DNA from: Felis catus
Lineage: Eukaryota
Direction: 5' to 3'
Assembly: GCF_018350175.1 (NCBI RefSeq)
Contig: NC_058368.1
Location: 177,260,001-177,324,000 of the forward strand
Length of the DNA stretch: 64,000 nucleotides
Under the pieces are notes generated by a model. It was not told where the DNA came from. It searched no databases and saw only the letters and a program-made list of their open reading frames with translations. The translations under genes and the position numbers were made by a program. Positions 51,438 through 63,196 of this stretch are shown piece after piece; within the stretch, counting starts at the first letter, position 1, and each line of letters begins with the position of its first letter.

Positions 51438-51897
51438 TTAAAAAAAAATTTTTTTTAATGTTTATTTCTTTAAAAAAAAAATTTTTTTTTTAATTTATTT
51501 TTGGGACAGAGAGAGACAGAGCATGAACGGGGGAGGGGCAGAGAGAGAGGGAGACACAGAATCGGAAACAGGCTCCAGGCTCCGAGCCATCAGCCCAGAG
51601 CCTGATGCGGGGCTCGAACTCACGGACCGCAAGATCGTGACCTGGCTGAAGTCGGATGCTTAACCGACTGCGCCACCCAGGCGCCCCTTTAATGTTTATT
51701 TCTGAGAGAGAAAGAGAGAGACAGACACAGAGCATGAGCAGGGAAGAGGCAGAGACAGACGGAGACACAGAATTCAAAGTAGGCTCCAGGCTCTGAGCGG
51801 TCAGCACAGAGCCTGATGTGGGGCTTGAACTCATGAGCCATGAGATTAACCTGAGCTGAAGTCGGAGGCTTAACCCACTGAGCCACCCAGGGGCCCC
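51438..51897 (-). mobile_element. Nested Can-SINEs: a young copy (51470-51687) inside the tail of an older copy
   Basis: Outer TSD TTGGCATGAAGTCTT (51423-51437 and 51902-51916); inner TSD TTTAATGTTTATTTCT (51454-51469 and 51688-51703). Confidence 0.93.
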
Positions 51898-52052
51898 TCA
51901 ATTGGCATGAAGTCTTAAGGTAGAGCAGGCAACAATTTGATCAAATGTTTGCCACTGCATAAAAGGTGTCATCTGCTTCAGCCAGTAAAGATCAGGTGCT
52001 CCCTCCCATGTTTTAGGTTCTGTTACCTTTATTACCCTACTCTTGGCACCAA

Positions 52053-52271
52053 TTTTTTTTTTTTAATTTTCTTTCTTCTTTTAATGTTTTTATTCATTTT
52101 GGGGGGGGAGGGGCAGAGAGAGAGAGGGAGACACAGAATTTGAAGCAGGCTCCAGGCTCTGAGCTATTTATTAGCACAGAACCCGACGCGGGGCTCAAAC
52201 TCATGGACCGTGAGATCGTGACGTGAGCCGAAGTCAGGTGCTTCACTGACTGAGCCACCCTCGTGCCCCCC
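52053..52271 (-). mobile_element. Can-SINE
   Basis: SINEC body. Confidence 0.87.
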
Positions 52272-52800
52272 ATTTTTTTTTTTTTGAATCAGAGAGAACT
52301 TTTAGTTGCGTGCAGCAGAAGTTGAGTCTGGCTTACCAAGCAGAAAAGAAGATTGATGAAAGAATATTGGGTAATTTAGAATTGTTGCAAGGGCTGAAGA
52401 ATCAGGGTCAAGGTTAAGTGTCCAGAGACAATGTCCCTATAAATTCTTGGGAACCAATATGAAGAGAAAACTGTCACCCCTGCTATAAGCAAGCAGTTGC
52501 ATTGCTGTCAGGAGCTCAGCTTCAGCGCAGCTACTATTTCTACTGATGCTCCTCCCGTGTGCCAGCAACTTGACTTCTCAGCCACTACCACCCTTGCAGC
52601 CAGCTGCCTCTGCTCCTGCCTTCCCCTGCAACATGTGTTTCGAGCAATGCCTCCTTGCCCCCTTGGTTACTTTATACGCAAAGCCTGCATGAATACACCT
52701 TGTTGGTGGCACCCAGAGCACAGGCCTGTGACCAGGGACAAAGGAGCTAGAGAAGCAAGTTTTCTGAATTCTACCTTATGGATTCATAAAGCCAAAGAGT

Positions 52801-53429
52801 TATAACTATATTATGATTTATAAGAAGATACATGTATTTGGTCTTCCTCTCTGTTTCCAGTGCAGAGCTCCTAAGAGCCTTGGGTTTCCTAAGTGATAAG
52901 AGCAATAAAGGCGGCTTTTGTTATGTAAATGAGACTTTTGGAAGCCTCCCAGGTCACCTAAGGATGGGGGCTGGTCACTAGAGGAAATCAGCCATGGGAT
53001 TAGAGGGTTGGGACTTTCCCTCCTATCCCGCTGACCTCAGAGGAGGGGAGAAGGGCTGGAGATTAAATTCAATCACCAATGATGACGATTTAATCAAACA
53101 TGCCGGTACAATGAGGCCTGTACAAAAACCCAAAAGGGTGGGTGGGATTCAGAGGACTTCCCACTTGGTGAAGATAAGGGGATTCCAGGAGAGCAGGTTC
53201 TCTGACTCCTTCCCACATACCTTGCTCTGTTCATCACTTCCATGTGGCTGTTCCTGAGTTATAGCCTTTTATAATAAACTGGTAGTCACTAGGTAGAATG
53301 TTTCTGAGTTCTGTGAGCCATTCTAGCAAACTAATTGAACTCAATCTATAGATTGAGTGGGAACCTGCAATCTATAACTGCTCAGTCGGAAGCCCAGGTG
53401 ACAACCTATACTTGTGATTAGCATCTGAA

Positions 53430-53476
<47 letters not shown>

Positions 53477-53620
53477 GTGTGTGTTAGCGGGGAGTAGTGT
53501 TGTGGACTGAGCTTTTAATCTGGGGCATCTGATGCTATTTCAGACAGAGAGTGTCAGAATTGAATTCTTTGGTGGTGTGGAAAAGGACACACATAATGTG
53601 CATATTAAGGGTGTTCAGAA
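52801..53620 (+). mobile_element. MER21-like LTR containing (TG)n at 53433-53474
   Basis: atgtatttggtcttc...cagagctcctaa...gggattagagggttgggactttc...ttcaatcaccaatg...ttttataataaactggta...tctgtgagccattctagcaaa. Confidence 0.75.
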
Positions 53621-54029
53621 GTCAGTGGGCATCCAGACAACACGACAAGTCTATACAGCAGCTTTACTCACTCAAGAGTTCCAGGCTCTTCCCTGATGGT
53701 GACAGGATAGCAGAGCAGCTCCAAAGTCACACCCTTTCAAATTCAAGACCAGTGGAAAAGAGTAAGATTGTTTTTCCCCCATAAAACTTTGAGATTCACT
53801 TTGATCAGACAGACTAGGTCAAGTGCCCATCCCTGAACTAGTTCCAGTGGCCACGGGCATGGCCTGCTTTGATGGACCAGGACTGGATCATGCGCTCCAC
53901 ATCTGAAACAGATTTTCATCCAGAGCTCAGGGCCTGAGAAGGGAGGGGGAGTCATAAACAAATATTGGGAAACGGGGACTGGATTCTGATAAACCGGAAA
54001 AAGTTCATGTCTTCTGTCCTATATGTAGA

Positions 54030-54920
54030 GTGGAACATTTTTCCCATTTCCTAAAACCTCTTTGAACCTCTTGTTTTGTTTATTTGTTTACTTAAGTCAG
54101 TATGAATCATGAGTTCCTATCTTAATAGGTTATAATCTGTTACTATTATTTATTTTGATGTTCCACTCATCCCCGATTTGTCCAGTGAGAGCCCCGTAAA
54201 GCTGCATCCTGTATCCTTTTGATGTGTCCCCATCTCTTTCTGAGCATTCCCTTATTCTCCGGTAAAGCATATTACAGTCATGTCTCATACTTTTCCTGGC
54301 CCAGCCCTAGAATTAGTTACCATTTGGTCTGGGATTGGATTGTATTCTAATTACAAACTATTAAGAGCCCTTTACTCTTTCATGGATGCTGATAAAATAC
54401 ATGAGACCTCTGAGTCAGAGACAAGGGACTTTATTACTCATGACACAGGAAGTAGCATGAGCATCAGCACACTCACATTGGTTTTTCCTACACCCAAGTC
54501 CGACGGGAGCAATGTGATATGGCCTCCATGGACAGCTGCAGTGCATTTGCCTGAGAACTGGACACTGAGCTTGGGGAGCCCACTGCTTTTATAGAAAGCA
54601 TGAAGCAAGCCTTCTCTTCAGCCTGGAGGAGGGAGACATTATGCATTCTGCAAAGTTGGTCAGTGCTGACATGACCCTGGGACAGGCCTAGAAAGGAGTG
54701 ATCGGATTCTTCTATTCTTGGCACACCAACCAAGAATGTGCAGGAATGCTTAGGCCGATTGCAGATTGCTTCTTCCAACAGCCATTTCTTCACAGACCCG
54801 CTGGGTTCTTTTAGAGGAGAATGGTATTTAGAAACCAAGATCTCCTAGTGAGGTGTGCTCATTGCTCTTGAGCTATTGTCGTTCCTAGATGCTCTCAGAA
54901 GACAGAGCTAGGGGAACTGT

Positions 54921-54953
<33 letters not shown>

Positions 54954-55570
54954 CACAGAGCCATCTATGTATCTCTCTCTGAATTCACATGAAGTCACAG
55001 TGATATCTGCAGTGCCACAGGTTCATTCCAGTTTTCTGCCTTTCCAGATTTGTAACTCTCTTCTCTGGCAATGAGAAATTCAAAACGTATTTCCCATTTG
55101 GCTTAATGCTCCTATAGTCTCTTCACTGCCACTTCAACCCACCCTCCAGACATATGGATGACTTCCTGACCACTTGGGTTCTGAACCAAAATGCTGGGAT
55201 GCATCTCTTCTCACGCCGTGTGGAGGTCCTCCTTACCCCAGTCAGACTCCACACCCCTTGCTGGCCCGCTGCAGCTGCCGCTGCTTATGAGGACATTCTC
55301 CTCCATCCACTCAGGCTCTGAATCCCTGTGCTAGACTGTCCCCCCCCCACCGCCTCCCTGCAGGGGTCCCCTTCTCATCTTCTTGGTGAGGCACCCTGTG
55401 CCAGGCCACCCTCCTGCATGGACACTCATGCTTCAGCACCCTGGGCCGAGCCACCCCTGCCACTGCCACCACCCTGTGTAGACATACTCTGTACGTAACT
55501 TACTGAGGCTCTGGGACTCCCCACCCTCACCTTCAGGAGATGCCTACCTTGCTCAGCCGCACCTAATGGC
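54030..55570 (-). mobile_element. L1MC4-like 3' fragment, split by an LTR
   Basis: gatttgtccagtgagagcccc...cccagccctagaatt, resuming at gccatttc...ggagaatggtatttagaaaccaagatct; GC-rich degenerate repeats at ~55130-55560. Confidence 0.7.
54316..54780 (-). mobile_element. ERVL solo LTR, LTR40-like
   Basis: The minus strand begins tgttggaag and contains TATAAAAG (plus-strand cttttata at ~54587) and AATAAA (plus-strand tttatt at ~54430). It interrupts contiguous L1 sequence. Confidence 0.6.
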
Positions 55571-57572
55571 TCCTAGACAGAATTAATCAGGAAGGGAAGG
55601 GAGGGAGTAAGGACCTAATGATCATTTGTGATGGCTGTAAAATACTACATTAGGTGGATGTAACCTAGTTTGCTTACCACGGTAAGCAAGTCGAGTTTGT
55701 TTGTATTTTTCCTTTTCTAGATACCATCTCAGGGGTCAAAGTGTAGACAGAAATCTTTGTGCGTCTCTCCACGCACCTCTCAGTGATTTTATTAGGACAG
55801 GTTCCTAGAAGGGGAATGATTTCCTGGGTCAGAGGGCATGACCGAGTGCAAAGCTCCGAGTCTTTGTGGTGCAGCCTCTGTGTCCCATCTTACAATCCCT
55901 ACACGCTTGAATAAATAAATAAGCACAACTCGGTCCCAGGCACTGCTTAGGATTTTCTACAGATGATAGTTGTTTCACTGCTCGATGACATCACCTCGCT
56001 TTTTACACCAAGATTGATGTGGGAAATTCTGTATAAATACCCTGCATCAACAAGCCATTGTGCCCAGGCCTCTTAAAGATGGGCCGCTTGCTGCAGTGTG
56101 GCTGGCCAGCCTGCGCGGGACAGGCGCCTGTGATTTATAAGGTCCAAACATGAAGTCTTCAGGAAAGTTGGTGAAGTACTTTATAGGTCACCTGTATTTT
56201 TCCTACCATAGATGTTTTGACTCACGGGTTTCCTTTATGTCACTCTGTCCATAGTCTAGGTATTATTAAAATGGAATAAAGAGGTTACTGTAGCAGAGGC
56301 TGAGTAGCACATGGGAGGGAGTTTGTGATTCTAAATGAGAGAAGAAAGAAATAACAGGCAAGGGAATTAATTAGGACAAACATTGGCAGCCAGGCAACCA
56401 AGTATTTGTTGCATGAGGGCCACTGGCCTAGCTTTGTGCTGGAAGCTGTCAGGAGGTTCATTTGTTCATTCAACAAACATTTACCAGGCACCAACTCTCT
56501 CTAGGTCCTGTCCTAGGCACTGGGGAGCCAAATCCTCCTGAGTTCCTACTGTAGCTGGGGGAAGGTTCTGTGAATGTTTCCAACAGAGTGCTTGAAGTAG
56601 AAAATGTATCTCTTAGGTGGGCAGCATTTTTCCAGGCAGAGGAACCAGTGGAAGCAAAGCCACGTGATTTTGTCAGCATATCAGCAAGGATTCAGTGTGT
56701 GTGCTCTACATGGCCAGCCCCGCTCCAGGGAATAAGGAGGGAGTGAATTTCATACTCCAGATTTTACTGGGGCAGTCGTGAGAGGACTGTTTGCATAAAA
56801 TTATTAAGTGAGTCCTTTTTGCATGCCGGGTAGGTTCTGAATGTCTTACCCGGGCACACAAGGCTTACGAGTTAGCGTTTGTGGTGTAACAAATAACCAC
56901 AAAATCTCCTTGTGAATAGTTCTTGTTCATGCACCTGTGGAGTGGCTAGCATGTGGCTGGTGTTGGCCAGGCGGAATGGGCTTGACCGCAGGCTGGGTGT
57001 TGGGTCTCGGGTCTGCCCCATATGTCCCATGCTCCTTGGATCAGTGATGGCCTAAAGCGTGTTCTTCTCAAGGCAGAAGGGAGGAGTTCAAGGAGACAGT
57101 CCTAATCTTGGAGACGCATTTACAGCCGTTGCTCTTCTCAGGCCTGCTAGCATCTGGAGGTCAAAGCAAGTCACATGGTTAAACCGAATATGAAGGGACT
57201 CTCAGGACCATGGCAAAAGTGAGGTTGTACGATACATCCTCTGAAGCTGGTCCTTGCAGACCTCAGCTGCCCCAGTTCTTTCTTGTCACACTCGGCACCT
57301 GTGCACATGCTATTCCAGGGGCCCGGAACACTCTTCACTGCTTCAACCCCATTGTATCATTTCTGAATAAGCGAGGTCTGGCTTCAAGGGTCAGGGACAT
57401 TCTCGTTTGTCTTCCGTTTCCTCTTCATACCCGTGGGTGGGTAAGGGGATTCGGCACCCCTCTTGGTGTTTGGTTCTTTCTCGTGGTTGTTCTCCTCCCC
57501 CAACCAGAATCTTCCCCCTCCTTCTCTTGTATGTATTTTCAGCATGCATTGGTGTGATGATTTTAAGATTAC

Positions 57573-57930
57573 GATTTGGAGTAGAGATAGGCGGCCTCAC
57601 TTTGACCTTGAACCTTGTCTAAGGTGCACTTAATAAGGGTCATCTGAGACGCAGTTTCTGAAATGGCTCCTAATTCTCTTCTGCTCTTGCTTCTTGGGTT
57701 TCCTCCGTGGGGAGGGTGGTAGCAAAAAAGCAGCATCCAGACACTCCTGGGTCCTGTGCAGTGACACCATCAAATAGTTCCCAACCCACCTCACCTCCCC
57801 TCAAGCATGGAACAGGTTGCACAGAAGAGCTGTCAACAAGTCTTGGGTGGATGCATGAATGAGTGAATGGATAGATGTGTATCCTCGATGTCGTCTTCTG
57901 CTCACTGGCAGGGTCTTGGTTGAGTCCAGC
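57573..57930 (+). repeat. Copy 1 of a diverged local direct duplication
   Basis: Collinear with 60883-61207; exact 18-nt (57654-57671) and 21-nt (57777-57797) shared blocks. Confidence 0.88.
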
Positions 57931-60882
57931 GGTCAGGCTTGCAAAGGCAGGAGAGTTGAAGCAGCGATGAGAAGACGCGTATCTTGGTAGCCACCACAGA
58001 AAGCAGTTCTGAAGGGCAGACATGTCTGTAAATGGATCCAGCTTTGGAAGGGGGGACTGAGCTCTAAGCATTCTATTTGGAGAGGCTCTAGAAAGTTATG
58101 GAGCTCTGGGGAACCAGCCTGGGGCCACTCATAGCCCACTTAGTGCAAGTGTTGTCTTTAGAGGCCTCTAATTCCCTTTTTAAAGAGGTGTGGTTTTTTT
58201 TGTTGTTGTTTTTTTTTAAATGGAGCCTGGATACAGTTCGCAGTAATGTTGAGCAGGCCAAGCAGTTGCAGCCATTACTGATAATAAAAGAGAGATTCTG
58301 CAAATGTTAACAGTCAATGCAATGCCCCAATAGGCAGCATATTAGTTGGTCTAAATTGTGGATTGTTCCTGCAATTTAATAGAGAAGAAAGCTGAGGCTG
58401 AGGGAGGTCAAGGGATCCCCCCAAGGTCACACAGGTAGGACGTTAGTGGAAACTGGCTAATAGCAGGTTGGCTGAGTGACAGTGCTCACTGTCTGTGTGA
58501 TGTAGAAGGTCTAGGGGTCTGCTCAGGGTCGCAAGGGAAGCAAATCTCAGGGCATTGATCTGAAGACTGAGGTCACTCACGAGCAGGAAACTGGGCTTTT
58601 GGAGGCAGAGGCTGGGAGGATTTGGCATCTGCATAGCATGTGGGGCAGGGTCAAAGCCCACAGTCAAGACTACAACTAATGCCCATTTTAAGGGACAGAT
58701 GTGTGAACCTAGCACAGAAGGAGGGGATCCAGAACCTGATCTGTTTAGCCTCCTTCATCCCCAGGCACTCCCTTTCTGCTGTACTCCAATGCCCCTCAAG
58801 GCTGCTCCATGGACAAAAAATGCTTCTTGGAACAAAGCTTGGAGACCAGATTTTTCAGGCAGTTGGACAACCCTGGGCCCCTTCCACCAGAACATCAGCC
58901 AATCCGTGAGTCACATCCACCCTGGAGACAGATGAACTGGTCAGATTTGCTTCTCTACCTTTACAAGAATGGAGGGGAGTGGACACAGTGGGAGAATCAG
59001 AGCTGATATAAGTCTAGGATAAGGCAAAGCATTCGATGGTGAGGTGGGTATTTGCTGCCGTTGGCTTCTCACTGTCCACTCCCCCTTTTTCTTGGTGTCA
59101 GCACCCCAATTTTCCACTGGGTGCTGTCCCCCCACATCACTCTTATTCTTCAGTGGGAAACAGGCCCAAACCCTAGTTTCAGGAGGTGGATCCTGTTTGG
59201 CCTAAGCATGTGTTCACAGCTTAACATCCTGGGCCTCAGTGACTGGCAAGTGTCCTCGGGAAGCTGGACATTTTTGAGAAGGAAGCCTTTTTTGTTGTTA
59301 TTCTTTCATAGAAGCTATCTTGGAGGAGCTCTCTTTCCTCACTGGACTAGGATGCCCTTTTTGCTGCAGGCAGCCATCTCGTGGTCAAGAGGAGAGGCAG
59401 ACTCAGGCAGAAGGCAGAGTGGGGAGATGGAAAGAAACAAGCTTCTCGCACCCTCCCCCGAGCTGCTAACCACGCGTTGCTAAAACCTATCCTGCCCCTC
59501 CCTGGACTTCTCAGTTGCAGGGGCCACTAAATTCCCTTAATTCACTATTGTGTATTACTTGGGAATGAGGTGTTCCTAAGTGATTTACAGAGCTACTGCC
59601 TCGTCCATGTTCTTTTCTTTGGAAAGCATTTCGGGCCATCTTGCAGATGCAGCCTCTGAGTTATACCCCAGCACTGGGCTCAGGGGACAGCACCTGGGGG
59701 AGGTCAGAGATCCCTGCCTGGCTGCCAAGGCCCAGCCTCTCCACCCTCTCTGTCACAACCCCCTGCCATAGTCCAGATGTCAGACCGATGCGGCACCCTT
59801 GGATGATGGTGACATCTCAGAAACGGGTGGGAGAATATGCCTTCTAATATTTTCTTTTTAATGAAATGTTGTCTTGATTTCCTTTTTGAGACTTCTCTAT
59901 CCATTTTGGATGAGGTCAGCCATAAGACAGAAGCCCCAGGGGCTGTAAGAACTGAATATTCGACTGGACTTGGACAGAGTACTCTGTCTGGCCCTTTCCA
60001 ATTCTGATGAGCTCTGATTCTGTGCAAGCTGATCCAGTTATGGTAAAGGGACTCCAAGAACGTGGGCTGTGTGCCAGGCACCTCACAGCCACCCTCTCCT
60101 TTGATGCGCTCCTCCCTTATGTGAGGAGTCAATCCATATCCCCATTTTGCAGATGTGGAAATCGAGGCTCTGAGAAGCCACGTGGATAGCTCAGGTTGAC
60201 ACAGAAGCAGAGCCAGGATTTGAATTTGGCTCCTTCTGATACCAAAGCCTTTTTACTTTGTATGACACTATGTGATAAGCCCTTACTTCGGACATTTTAT
60301 TCCGTAAAGATGGTTACCCTACTTTGGAAAAGGTCAGATGGAGTGATACAACTGCAGCCCAGTGGGAATTTTCTTGGAGTGGTTGTGCCATGTTTTCTTT
60401 CTTTCTTTTTTTCTTTTCACGAACTCACTCAGTTCAGCCAAGGGTGCTTTGAGAGGCCAATTTTCAGCCTCTGTCCCCACTGAAACCTGGAAGAACGTGA
60501 ACGGCCGCCAGCGAGCTTGCTGGATAATTTTGGAAGCAAAAGCAGCAGAAATCTGCTGGAGTTGGCCCGTCTCTAGCTCACTGTGTACAAGTGAAGGATG
60601 TTTGTTGGTTCAGCGGCCACCAAGCAGAACTCAGGGAGAGGGCGCGGAGCCCTCGGCGGCCAAGCATTCTGAGAGGACAGGGCGTGTGCACGCCACAAAC
60701 CAGCTTCAAAAATACCCGCAATTCGGGGGGAAAAATAACCCAACCTGACTTCATAAAGCTCTCCTGATGAATATACCGATCCCCCGCCGAGGAAACCCTC
60801 TTTTCTGCAAGACAGTCTGGATTTTTATTGAGCATTCGCTGTGTTCACTGGAGGGAATTTCAAAGGGAGTCGACAACTAAAA

Positions 60883-61207
60883 GATTTGGAGTTGGGCTGG
60901 GTGACCTTACTTTGACCTTCGTCTAGAGTAAATTTTATAAGGGTCACCTGGGATGCTGTTTCTGAAATGGCTCCTTTGTTTCTCTTTGGCTCTGGCTGCA
61001 CGGATTCTCCCTGGGGGAGGGTGGTGATGGTAAGAGGCAGGATCCAGGCACTGTCAGATGGTTCCCAACCCACCTCACCTCAGCCTCAGGCAAGGAGCAG
61101 GTTGTACAGAGTAGCTGTCAACAAAGTTGGGTGGATGGACGGATGGGTGGATGGACGGATGCATTTCTTGCTTTCTGCTCACTGTCAGGGTCTCCGGTGA
61201 GCACAGC
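60883..61207 (+). repeat. Copy 2 of a diverged local direct duplication
   Basis: Shared blocks at 60958-60975 and 61061-61081. Confidence 0.88.
60902..60918 (-). promoter_or_regulatory. Perfect DR5 nuclear-receptor element (RARE consensus)
   Basis: Plus-strand TGACCT TACTT TGACCT, i.e. AGGTCA AAGTA AGGTCA on the minus strand. Confidence 0.45.
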
Positions 61208-61211
61208 AGCT

Positions 61212-63120
61212 GTCCTTTGTTTTGAAAGATATGTTCCCTTACTTAGTATATTGACTCTTACGGGCTTCAGACGATAAGACCCCGAACAATTGCACTGATG
61301 AAGGGAGGCTCTGAATTTTTGTAACGTTTGCTTCCCAACTTCTGGAACTCATGTGTCCTATCAAGGCCTCCAGCATATTCGTCCAATTTGATCAACAGGA
61401 TATCACCGATATAGTGATATCTGACATGTCTGTCAGTGAAAAATGGGATGCTCTGCAGAATGTTCAGATGCTCCAGATCCCTTTGAACAATATTATGAAA
61501 AAGGATGGGAGGATTAATATAGCCCTAGAGTGAGACTGTAAAATTTCTACTGTGGACTGTTCCATGGGGATGCAAACTTCTTGTTGTACTCTTTCTTGAC
61601 AGGGGTAGAAAAGAATACACTTACCAGAGATGGGGCTGCGTACCATATGCTGGCTCTGTGTCCCCCAGCAAAGATACTACATCTGAACCGGCAGCTGTGA
61701 TTATAGTCCACTGTCCTCTTCCAGAATTGACCCGCTTCTTGTAGGGGACAAATGGGCGAACTAAACGGGGATATTGTGGGGACTACTACACCTGCCCCTT
61801 CAGAGGACGCTCCTTCCCTCCTCGATAAAGGTGGCTTCTTAAAGATTCTTTTTGGGATGTGATATTGTTTTTGATTGAATACCTTGGATGAAGGGTGGGG
61901 GACAGTTTCAGGAGATTCCACTTGGCTTTCCCCATGAGGATGGCTCCACATGTCAAGGAGCGCCAATGTTGGGGTTCTCCTAACTACAAAAGGTACCCAT
62001 TCCATTTATATATGAGAACCAGGGAAATTACCGCGAGGTGGGTCCACTGATTACCTGGCTCCCTCCCATCCCCAGCTTACAGGAGACCAGGGGATGCTGC
62101 AACTTAGATCCAGTGTCTCACAGTCCTTGAAAGATCTGGACATTTTATCTGAGTAAATTGGCTATCAGTCCCTTTGGGAGATGACTGGGGGATTCATGAC
62201 TGTGTATACCCGAGGCAGTGATGCAGGGTCCATCCTCATGAGGACAGCTTTAGTAGACAGCTTTCAGGTCTAAAAACTGGGCCAGGTATCAAAACTCTAC
62301 TGATACAGCTCCCCTCAGTTTCCTGAGAAGTCATCCTTGATTTCTTTTCATTGGTATAGTTTGAGTAATATCCTTTGGGAGGCCATCCATTCTGTGCATA
62401 GAGGCACTGCATTCTCTTCACCACTCCCATGGGTCTCTGTGAGCCAGCCTCTGGGTTGCCACGCCATCTTGCCAGTCACACCTGTGGTTGCACTGACCTT
62501 GCTTCAGACAGGTCAGCAGCACCACCTGGCCTCTATTCTTCTGTGATCCACTTGCTATCATGGAATCCTGTAGCAGCATCTCCTACTATCAGCCCTGGCT
62601 CCTGGAGCCCAGCCCCCCTGAACTTCAGTCCTGTCTCTGTCCCTCTCACCAGCTCATTACTTACTGCATTGGAAGATGGGGCATGCTCTAGGTCCACCTG
62701 CAGAATAGAATTGGAGAACATAGCTACTCTTTTTATCCCTTCTTCCATCATCTACGATGGCAGCTCTGGGATTTCTGCTTCACTTAGTGTTGGCCATTCT
62801 AAAAGCCACCGAGTAACATGTTTAGTGCTTTCTCCTGGGGTCCTCGCCGGGATGTGAAGTGCTGTATCATATGGGAGGTGACCATGTTGATAAACTCTCC
62901 CTTTTCTAATTATATTCTGTCCCCTTGATCCAGCATATGATCCTGTCTGCTGGTCCATGTTGGCTCCTTCTGGGTAAGAGTCTCTTTCTACCCGTAGCGG
63001 GCACCTGTCTAGAGAGAGAGAAGCAGGACTAGGCAGAAGAGAAGATGAACCAATGCCGTTGCAGCAGAGGATTCGGCTGATCCCTCGGGGAACGTGGAGG
63101 TTGAACTGGCCTTTCTGCAC
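61212..63120 (-). mobile_element. Decayed class III (ERVL-type) endogenous retrovirus internal region, gag-pro-pol (RT)
   Basis: Minus-strand translations resemble ERVL gag (WPTLSEAEIPELP; EEGIKR; NAVSNELVRG; PGLIVGDAA) and RT (NQKQYHIP; AGVVVPTISPFSSPI; WKRTVDY; WYAA..L.SVFFSTPV; FTVSL*GYINPP; HYIGDILLI). Stops and frameshifts are present. Confidence 0.88.
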
Positions 63121-63196
63121 CAACCAGCCATGTGGTGTGGGCTTCTGTGCAAAGGAAGCGTCACTGTGGTTGAGATGGCTTCCTTTTAGCCGAGGG

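Noticed and set aside
175..52271. A/B-box-like motifs suggesting tRNA genes
   Set aside because: All lie in tRNA-derived Can-SINE heads; no cloverleaf tRNA gene was seen.
55130..55560. Degenerate GC-rich ~55-60 bp repeated units, resembling a novel minisatellite or array
   Set aside because: They continue an L1MC4-like fragment whose 3' region, as I recall, carries such repeats. There is no repeat-spacer structure, so it is not a CRISPR-like array.
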